Of a stretch of 64,000 nt of DNA, positions 54,003-64,000 are shown piece by piece; positions within the stretch are counted from its first letter, which is position 1, and every line of letters starts with the position of its first letter. The stretch covers positions 107,384,001-107,448,000 of the forward strand of contig OZ024742.1 in NCBI GenBank assembly GCA_964016885.1. The letters run 5' to 3'. Source of the DNA: Eledone cirrhosa. Taxonomy: Eukaryota. Under the pieces are notes generated by a model. That model ran no database searches and was not told the DNA's origin. It was given only the letters and a program-made list of their open reading frames with translations. Made by a program: the position numbers and the translations under genes.

Positions 54003-54205
54003 CCCTTCAGTATTTACTTTACTCTATATTTTCTATTATATTTTCACGGTAAAGGCTTTACCTCACATAATATCAAAGCTATGACATTTTGATATTATTT
54101 TGAGAACAATACCTAACATCAGTATGAGCAGCTGGTTACAGCCAGTTTGAACAGAAAGAGGTTAGAGAATTCTGGCTGGGTATGGCTGGTTTAAATGCTA
54201 AAGGG
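54003..54205. mobile_element. piggyBac-like MITE
   Basis: TTAA|CCCTTCAGTATTTA ... TAAATGCTAAAGGG|TTAA; partial copies at ~35310-35400 (inverted), ~47050-47138 and ~14105-14128. Confidence 0.8.
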
Positions 54206-54680
54206 TTAAAGTGCCCACTGTACAACTGGCAGAAATTTCTGAACTGTTAAAGAGTTGTAAGCTATATTAAAATCATACGAATAAACTATATTATATGTAT
54301 AAGCTATATTAATATTTTTTGGCAATATTAGGACATGACCCTCCCCAAATATAATAATATATTAAAATCATATGTATAAACTATATTAAAATCATATGTA
54401 TAAGCTATATTAAAATCATATGTATAAATTTCAATTGTCTGCTATACAACTTTATGTAGTTTGCTTGCAAGAATGTTTGATTTACACTTGTATATAAAGG
54501 AACATTTTATATATTAATAAAATTATCTTTTGATTAATGTTAGTCAACAAAATAATTCATTATTTACTAATGAGAGAGTGAAGAGCGTATGCTTCCATTA
54601 GAAAGATTTGTGTAGTTTGAGATATTTTGAATTGGCATTTGTATAAATGACACTGTAGTATTGATCAACTGGGAGGTGTA

Positions 54681-54934
54681 TTGTGTTTATGGTAGGCTTA
54701 TTGTGTTTATGGTAGGCTTATTGTGTTTATGGTAGGCTTATTGTGTTTATGGTAGGATTATTGTGTTTATAGTAGGCCTATTGTTTTTATGGTAGGCCTA
54801 TTGTGTTTATGGTAGGCTTATTGTGTTTATGGTAGGCCTATTGTGTTTATGGTAGGCCTATTGTGTTTATGGTAGGCTTATTGTGTTTATGGTAGGCTTA
54901 TTGTGTTTATGGTAGGCCTATTGTGTTTATGGTA
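54681..54934. repeat. 20-bp minisatellite, 12 full units plus a partial
   Basis: (ttgtgtttatggtaggc[t/c]ta)n. Confidence 0.97.
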
Positions 54935-56351
54935 ACTGGTATTTTTTTGTGGCTTTTCTGATGTCTTGAGTAAACTTTCACTTTGAAAACACACCTTATT
55001 GTTGCTTACTGCAACTCTGTTAATGTTGTCACTGTTTATTGTCAGATGACTTAGGTTATTTTACTAATATCACATAATTTCTTGTTAATTGCACACCTGG
55101 TAACTCCTATTTAACAATTCTTTTTACTCTTTCTGGTATGTCGTCTTTGCTTAGTCATATGATTGCAATTACTGTTGTCAACCTTTTTTAGATTAAAAGA
55201 AATTATTAGTTTCTGGTGAAAGTGCTAGTTGTGGCCAGTAATTGGTGTTTGCTCACTTTTGATGAATCATGTTTTGTAAGAAATACTCACCACTTGGCAA
55301 GTGAAAACTTAACTTTAGCTGGACATAAATAAAACAAACCAATAATTAACAGCAGCCTGCTGTTTCAGCATACAAATATTGTTGCAAAATGAAATTTAAT
55401 AAGCCTAATTTTCTCTCTTGACTTTTAAGATTTGAAATACTTTAGAAGATACTAGCAGTACATTCTAAGTATATTGAGTCTACCACCCAGTTTCAATATC
55501 AAGTGTGAATTACTGCCTATTGTTGCTAAAATACCCTTGAAAATAGTTTTGAGATCACATAATTCTGATTTAAGTAAAAGGAAAAGCAATACTCTTCACA
55601 TACACATATAATCTTTCTTCCCTTCCTTTGCTATCACTCAGAAAATTATATCATTATCAGTAAGGTTGAGTTTTATAGTGCCCCACCTCCTGAAACTATA
55701 TATATATTCCCCACTCCATCACTTCCTGTCTATTTAATGGCTCTCTTCAGATATATGTAATGCTGCATTATTCAATACAAACTAAGATATGTGAATAGTT
55801 TTAGTGTGTAAATTCTGTTTGAACTGGTAGGATTTGATGAAAGTTCAGCTGTGACATTTACACTGATTCCTCATCTATAGCTATACACACAGGAAAGGTT
55901 AATTATGTTACCACCCTTTAAGTATGTAGTTGTAGTAGTAATAGCATATTCATATACTTGTATTTAATTACATTGTGATGATTCTATTGCTGCTACTTTG
56001 GTCCCTCATTTTGCTACATTCTATAAGATCTTATTCTGAAATAAGATAACAGAGTCTCTTATTCCCAACTACTATCTTACTACTTTCTGTTCTGATATTT
56101 GATGATAGCTATAATCACATATTTACCTCTTTTGTATATCCGTGTGTATCATCGTCATCATCATCCTCATCATACGTCCGCTTTTCCCTGCTTGCAAGGG
56201 TGGGACGGGAACTGATTCTGGCTTGATTTCTACAGCTGGATGCAGTTCCTAACACCAACCTCATTTACAGTGAGTGCTGGGTACTTTTTTGCCGTAGCAC
56301 CTCCACGTCCACTTTGCAGTGGAATGATAGGGACCCCAGTCCTATCATCTC

Positions 56352-56485
56352 ATTTCTACAGCTGAGTAAACTGGAGCAATGTGAAATAAAGTGTCTTGCT
56401 CAAGGAAACAACACATCACCCAGTCTGAGAATTGAACTCACAACCTTTTGATTGCAAGCCCAATGCTCTAACCACTAAGCCATGT
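56352..56485 (-). mobile_element. tRNA-head SINE, second family
   Basis: Minus strand reads tggcttagtggttagagc (A box) and gagttcaattc (B box), then ccttgagcaagacactt...ctcagctgtagaaatg. Confidence 0.65.
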
Positions 56486-57681
56486 GCTTCCATGTGTATC
56501 TGGTTTAGAATAGGTACACTGTATCCCTGCATGTCATAAGCAATTTAAAGGGTTGGTGTCTGGAAGGGCATCCAGTTGTAAAACATTACCTCAAAAAGTC
56601 CCATCCAACCGATGCCAGCATGGAAAAGTCAATGTAAAAATGATCGAAATGATGAGTTTGCTTTTCTACTAGTTACATGAGCACAATCTTATCTCCTTTG
56701 ATATGAAATTGTCTGAAGCTGCTTCTGGTATTTTGATACAAAAATTTCTATTTTTAAATATTTATCCTCAAAACCTTTCATCGTAATTTTTAGAAATGTT
56801 TCTTAAACAACGTTCTAAATATCGGTTACTTATGAAACAGTTGTTTTATTAAATTCCTCTAAATGTTTGGTTATTTTCAATATTAATTGAAACACATAGG
56901 TAGTATTTTCATTAGAAATAATTATGAAAGGGCTATACACAAAGAAAGAGCCTCTATGTACTCACTTAACCTAGAAACTAGCAGCTAAATCCCCCTCAAA
57001 CCACTTCACCATCTTCAAGAACACATTGAATAATGTAGTCTGGAGCAATCTGATGCTCGAGGAGAATGATAGAATGGTCATTGTAGGAATGTCTAAATGT
57101 TTAGTGACTGTTTAATAAGACATGACTTGGGGTGCAACAACAACACAACCATATCTGCTGAAAACTGCTTATCTGATCCATCCCATTAGTTGGTCTATTG
57201 CCTTTGAAAAAGCAAGGTTCATAGTATCAGCAATAGCAATGACTTTGGCATGGCAATCACAAATCTTGTTTATGGTTTCCACTCAGTTTCCACTCTATGC
57301 CAGTAATTTCCTGAGTTTTGCTATATCAACTTGAATGTAACTTATGATCCATACAACCACCAGCACCACCACTCTATAGCAGTCACACATTACTCTGCCT
57401 TACATATACCTTCGCTGAGTCCGGACCCTTCTCACCCAATAGGCCCAATTGCTATCTCTTTTCTATATTACAAAACTCTATGTAGCTGGTGCATAGCTCC
57501 AATTTCGTTATCATTTTTGTGTCTGCTTTCCATGTTGACATAGGTTGTCATGGTCTGTGATTAGAGAGACTAGAGCAATCTTATCCTGCTCATATGTATA
57601 CACACACACACACGCACACGCGCACACACACACGATGGCTGCCCCCTCGTTATCGAGTATGGCCATTGCACAAGGAGAAAA

Positions 57682-57712
<31 letters not shown>

Positions 57713-57741
57713 CACATATATACATTAATAACAATAATATT

Positions 57742-58093
57742 AATTGTTTCTACTTTTGACACAAGGCCAGCAATTATATCAGTGTATTACTGGTACTTTA
57801 TTTTATCAACCCCGTAAGGATGAAAGGCAAAGTTAACCTCGGCGGGATTTGAACTCAGAATGGCTAGGGTCGTAACTCTATGTGTCAAAGCATGGCGTCC
57901 GACCCTCTACCGATACTGCCAATCCACAGCCCTGTAATAATAATTGTTTCTACTTTAGGCACAAGGTCAGCAATTACCGAGTGCATTACTGGTACTTTAT
58001 TTTATCGACCCCGTAAGGATGAAAAGCAAAGTCAACCTCGTCAGGATTTGAACTCAGATCGTAAAGGGACGTAACTATACTGGAAAGCCCTGT
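57742..58093 (-). mobile_element. Tandem dimer of tRNA-derived SINE
   Basis: Two copies at 57742 and 57941, in the same subtype order as 23661-24016. Confidence 0.88.
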
Positions 58094-58215
58094 AATAATA
58101 ATAATAACAACAATAATAATGACAACAACAACAACAATAATAATAATATACATATATATATACACACACACGCGCACACATAAACATATCTATACACACA
58201 CACACACACACACAC

Positions 58216-59030
58216 GATAGCAACTAACAGCGCTGCGATCGAATGTGGCTTTTTAGCCCAGCCAATGATCTAAAATGTCTTGCACAGAGTCGGCAACCAA
58301 AACATTAACTGGGAATAGCCGGCTGTGGTTGGAGTTCATGTACTTTTGCATGTCACTTGAGCCCTCCTGCTGATTTACATTCTCTACCACATGTTTGGCA
58401 AGCATGATGAGTAGCATCTCCAACAGCAGCCTGGTCGTCAACCACTGGTCTTACTTTATGACTGCGAAGATGACTTTCGAGTCCAGCTTTGCTTAGGCAG
58501 AGTCTCGCACAGACGCTGCATGTCAGCGCCATAGGAGGACCCTCGCTGTCTGGAAGTGCAACAGTAATGCCCTTCCTCACATCCCGCTTTACTTTCTCGA
58601 ATGCGATTCGAGATGCCTCAAAGGCAACCTTTCCCTCATATACAGTCTTTCTCCATTTATTACGATCAGCAGCAATATTTTCCCATGTATCAGCAGAGAT
58701 GTTAGCGTCTTCCAAAAAGGCTTTCAAGGAATCGTTATACCTCTTTTTTGGTTTATGTGGCGGTCGTTTTCCTTTAACCAACTCTCCATAAAAGAGTTGT
58801 TTGGTATTCTAGAATCCTTCATCCTGGCAAGGTGACCACTCCACATAGAGCTTTCCAAAATCTCGACATCACTGATGTGGTCCCTCCAGTGAACGCCTTG
58901 GATCCGTCTGAGACACATCTGATGGAAACGCTCCAATTGCTTAAGGTGGTGTCGATATGTGACCCAGGTCTCGCAGGCATAAAGAAGACAAGAGAGCACC
59001 CATGCCTTGTACACCTTTACCTTTGTCCTC
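58216..59030 (-). mobile_element. 5'-truncated RTE-clade LINE with three C-terminal C2H2 zinc fingers
   Basis: [49 protein letters not shown] and WENIAADRNKWR, followed by three CxxC-x12-HxxxH-type units. Confidence 0.87.
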
Positions 59031-59047
59031 CTATATATATATGTGTG

Positions 59048-59143
<96 letters not shown>

Positions 59144-59290
59144 TATATATATATATATATATACACATATATATATATGTATATATATATATGTATATAT
59201 ATATATGTATATATATATGTATATATATATATGTATATATGTATGTATATATGTATATATATATGTATATATATATGTATATATATATGT

Positions 59291-59321
<31 letters not shown>

Positions 59322-59373
59322 TGTATATGTATATGTATATATATGTATGTATATGTATGTATATATATGTATG

Positions 59374-59420
<47 letters not shown>

Positions 59421-59555
59421 GTATATATATGTATGTATATATATGTTTATATATGTATGTATATATATGTATATATATGTATATATATGTATGTATATAT
59501 ATGTATATGTATGTATATATATGTATATATGTGTATGTATATATATGTATATATA
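59031..59555. repeat. (TA)n/(TATG)n microsatellite
   Basis: Directly visible. Confidence 0.98.
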
Positions 59556-59955
59556 TGTAAAACCTACTCCAGCCAGTAGGCATCTCTAACAAAATACACC
59601 CCGTCCCACCACCACCACCACCCCCACCCCATCCACACCACCCCGTTCTATGTAAAGTTATGTTGGTGCCGCGCCATCGAGGCCGAAACAAATGAGATCG
59701 TGTAGGTGTCACGACAAAAAAACACACAGTCCACGCTGTAATGTGGCCTTGTAGGCAACACGGTAAAAACCTCCCAGCCCCACACTGTAAATGTGGTTGG
59801 TGTTAGGAAGGGCATCCAACTGTAGAAAACCTTCCAGACAGTCCTATGCGAGCAAGATAATCACTCTTGCCTCAAGTGGGACTACCCCCGTCCAAACCCA
59901 TGCAAGCGTGGAACACGGACGTTAAACGTTGATGATGATGATGATGATGATGATG
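59556..59955 (+). mobile_element. RTE-type LINE 3' UTR copy with (GAT)n tail
   Basis: Highly similar to the reverse complement of 4752-5125 and to 41545-41953. Confidence 0.88.
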
Positions 59956-59969
59956 TATGTATATATATG

Positions 59970-60006
<37 letters not shown>

Positions 60007-60016
60007 GTATATATAT

Positions 60017-61796
60017 GTAACTTTGAATAACTTTGAAATGTTTTGGCCAGTATTGGCCCAGGCCATGTCTAACTTAATAGCACCACCTGGCGAAGTCTTT
60101 CAATTCAGGATTTGGGCACCATGGCCCATTCGAGAAGAGAATTACTGTTTGCGGAGACATATCCGGGTGTGGGTGGTTTGTCCGGGATTACTTGGAGGAA
60201 TTTGTCCAAAGACTTCTTGAATTTTGTGTGGTCAGTTTCTGTTTTGACGTGTCCTGGTGTGATGTTGAAGAGAGCAGGGCCGATTGAGGTGAAATAATTG
60301 TGCCGTATTGTTGTTATGAGTTGCGATTTAGATTTTTGAATGGGACGGATAGCACGGGGCCCAAGCCTTGGGTGTATCTTGAAGGCGATGCCAACATCAT
60401 TTGGCCAGTGATGATGGAACATTTTCCACATCATGCAGATAATATAACGCTCACGGCGACGTTGGAGTGAGTAAAGTTTCAGGTTTTCCAATCGACCCCA
60501 GTAGTCAAGGTCTGACATGCCATCTATCTTTTTCGTGATTGCCCTTTGAGGAGCTTCAAGTTTCATGATACTTTGTTTCGTGTGGGGAGACCACAGTGGA
60601 CAACAGTATTCAAGGTGTGGTCGGGCGAAAGTAGAGAAGAGAAGGATAATGGTGCGGGAATCTCTCGACTGGAAGGTTCTGAGGATCCAGGAACACATTC
60701 TGCGGGCCATGTCAACTTTGCTGCTTATATGCGTGGTCCAGCTTATGTTGCTGTCCACGGTTACTCCCAAGTCTCTGATGTTGTTAGATGCCACGAGAGT
60801 TTCCCCGGAGGGAAGGGAGTACGGGAGTTTCAGAGCATCCTCTTTTCCAAAGTGGATCAGTTCGAATTTGTCTTCGTTCAGTAACATGTTGTTCTTTTCT
60901 GCCCATTGGGTAACAGCCAGTAGGTCTGACTGAAGGCTTATCCGGTCATCCACGCCATTGATGACCTTTTGGAGCTTGGAATCATCAGCGAAAATTTTAA
61001 TGTTGCTGTGTTTAATGTTGCTGTGTTTGATGATGTCAGTGATGTCATTAATATAGATGATGAAGAGAAGTGGGCCCAACACAGTGCCTTGTGGGACTCC
61101 ACTACTGACTTTGGCTGGGCTTGATTTGACTCCCTCAACTACAACATGTTGGGTTCTGTTTGACAGGAAGCTCTTGATCCACTGCAGCAGCTTTCCAGTG
61201 ACACCAATATTAGACAGCTTTCTCAGTAGAATGTTATGATCAACCCTGTCAAAGGCCTTGCTGAAATCAAGGTAGATAACATCAGTGTTGGAACCCTCTC
61301 CCAAGGCTCTCAAAATGTCATCAAAGTGATGCAGTAGTTGCGTCAGGCAATCCCTTCCATTACGGAATCCATGCTGGTTGGAGTTCAGCATATTGTTACT
61401 CTCAAGGAAGTGGGTCATTCGCGATCTCACCACTCGCTCAAATACCTTAATGATATGAGAGGTGAGTGAGATTGGACGGTAATTCACGGCAAGGGATTTG
61501 TTTCCCTTTTTGAAAACTGGGACAACAGACTGGGATAGAAGGTTTTCTGGCACATATCCAGCATCCAGTGAGTTCCGCCACAGATTGGCAAGAGGAGAAG
61601 CAAGTTGGTGTTGACACGCCTTCAAGACACAAGCAGGGAACCTATCGGGACCTACTGCTGAATTATGCTTGATTTCCTTTATTGCCGCCAAGACATCAGG
61701 GGCGCCAAACGTTATGTCCGATAAGGTGTAATGGGGAGTAACATCGCCGATACAGCCCAGATCGGCCATATCAGGATTGCTGAAAACAGAGCAGTA
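60017..61796 (-). mobile_element. 5'-truncated CR1-group LINE with uninterrupted RT ORF (60105-61769+)
   Basis: [60 protein letters not shown] and SLQRRRER. The frame extends to YCSVFS at 61796. Short 3' UTR ending in (TTCAAAGTTA)2. No endonuclease domain present. Confidence 0.92.
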
Positions 61797-62018
61797 TGTA
61801 TGTATATGTATGTATATATATGTATATATATGTATATGTATGTATATATATGTATATATATGTATATATATGTATATGTATGTATATATATATGTATGTA
61901 TATGTATATATATATGTATGTATATGTATATATATATGTATGTATATGTATGTATATATATATGTATGTATATGTATGTATATATATATATATATATGTA
62001 TGTATATGTATGTATGTG

Positions 62019-62049
<31 letters not shown>

Positions 62050-62099
62050 GTGTGTGTATGTATGTATGTATATATATATATGTATGTATATGTATGTAT

Positions 62100-62135
<36 letters not shown>

Positions 62136-62508
62136 GTATGTATATGTATGTATATATATATATATGTATATATATGTATGTATATGTATATGTATGTATG
62201 TATATATATATATGTATGTATATGTATGTATGTATATATATATATGTATGTATGTATATATATATATGTATGTATGTATATCTATATGTATGTATGTATA
62301 TATATATATATGTATATATATATGTATGTATATGTATATATATGTATGTATATGTATATATATATATGTATATGTATATATATATATGTATATGTATGTA
62401 TATGTATATATGTGTATGAATATGTATATATATATATGTATATGTATGTATATGTATATATGTATATGTATGTATATGTATATATGTATATATATATATA
62501 TGTATATG

Positions 62509-62539
<31 letters not shown>

Positions 62540-62778
62540 GTATGTATATATATATATATATGTATGTATATGTATATATATATATGTATATGTATATATA
62601 TATATGTATATGTATGTATATGTATATATGTATATGTATATATATATATATGTATGTATATGTATATATATATATATGTATGTATATGTATATATATATG
62701 TATGTATATATATATATGTATATGTATATATATATATATGTATGTATATGTATATATATATATATATGTATGTATATG

Positions 62779-62817
<39 letters not shown>

Positions 62818-63132
62818 GTATGTATATGTATATATATATATATATGTATGTATATGTATATATATATATATATGTATGTATATGTATATATATATATGTA
62901 TGTATATGTATATATATATATGTATGTATATGTATATATATATATATGTATGTATATGTATATATATATATATGTATGTATATGTATGTATATATATATG
63001 TATGTATATGTATATATATATATATGTATGTATATATATGTATATATATATGTATGTATATATATATATGTATATATGTATATATATATGTATATGTATA
63101 TATATATGTATATATATATGTATATATATATG

Positions 63133-63163
<31 letters not shown>

Positions 63164-63608
63164 GTATATATATATATATGTATGTATATGTATGTATATG
63201 TATGTATATGTATATATATATGTATATATATATGTATATATATATATATGTATGTATATGTATGTATATGTATATATATATGTATATATATATATATGTA
63301 TGTATATGTATGTATATGTATATATATATGTATATATATATGTATATATATATATATGTATGTATATGTATGTATATGTATGTATATGTATATATATATG
63401 TATATATATATGTATATATATATGTATATATATATATATGTATGTATATGTATGTATATGTATATGTATGTATATGTATGTATATGTATGTATATGTATA
63501 TGTATGTATATGTATGTATATGTATGTATATGTATATGTATGTATATGTATGTATATGTATATATATGTATATGTATGTATATATATGTATATGTATATA
63601 TATATATG

Positions 63609-63641
<33 letters not shown>

Positions 63642-63680
63642 GTATATATATGTATGTATATGTATGTATATATATGTATG

Positions 63681-63713
<33 letters not shown>

Positions 63714-63741
63714 GTATATATTTTATGTATATATATGTATG

Positions 63742-63774
<33 letters not shown>

Positions 63775-63832
63775 GTATATATTTTATGTATATATATGTA
63801 TATATATGTATGTATATATATGTATGGATATG

Positions 63833-63864
<32 letters not shown>

Positions 63865-63902
63865 TGTATGTATATGTATATATATATATATATATATGTA
63901 TG

Positions 63903-63941
<39 letters not shown>

Positions 63942-63960
63942 ATGTATATGTATGTATATG

Positions 63961-63995
<35 letters not shown>

Positions 63996-64000
63996 GTATA
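61797..64000. repeat. >2.2-kb degenerate (TA)n/(TATG)n microsatellite
   Basis: Directly visible; runs to the window end. Confidence 0.98.

Noticed and set aside
54681-54934. CRISPR-like array
   Set aside because: Head-to-tail repeats with no unique spacers, in eukaryotic context with no cas genes.
60105-61769. Domesticated or novel reverse-transcriptase gene
   Set aside because: Ordinary CR1-type motifs, 5' truncation at a microsatellite and a LINE-type 3' tail indicate a recent truncated insertion.
58832-62419. Long YI/MYV-rich ORFs, and HT/CV-rich ORFs at 27506, 33580 and 48350
   Set aside because: These are translations of microsatellites.

Overview
AT-rich, repeat-dense animal genomic DNA. 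The repeat landscape (RTE-LINE 3' ends with (GAT)n tails, tRNA-derived SINEs, long TA/CA microsatellites) resembles coleoid cephalopod/Octopus DNA; that assignment is an inference. Two host genes are visible, both on +. The first is the 3' part of casein kinase II beta (CSNK2B), with exons at 2289-2404, 6480-6555, 8929-9118 and 10445-10553. The second is the first coding exon of a NudE (NDE1/NDEL1-like) gene at 25074-25162, followed by what appears to be an intron of more than 38 kb. The main surprise is a second, divergent, intact copy of the CK2beta acidic-loop exon at 1008-1120. It has the same splice phases as the canonical exon, so the two can only be used mutually exclusively. There is also a candidate alternative last exon (13746-13761) that would add a PDZ-type tail, RPTHL. 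Elsewhere are a decayed Gypsy element, four CRE-like retrotransposon fragments, a Penelope-type hammerhead ribozyme motif, RTE and CR1 LINE pieces, mariner remnants, MITEs, a non-autonomous Helitron, palindromes and micro/minisatellites. Nearly all ORF-track entries are spurious or transposon-derived.
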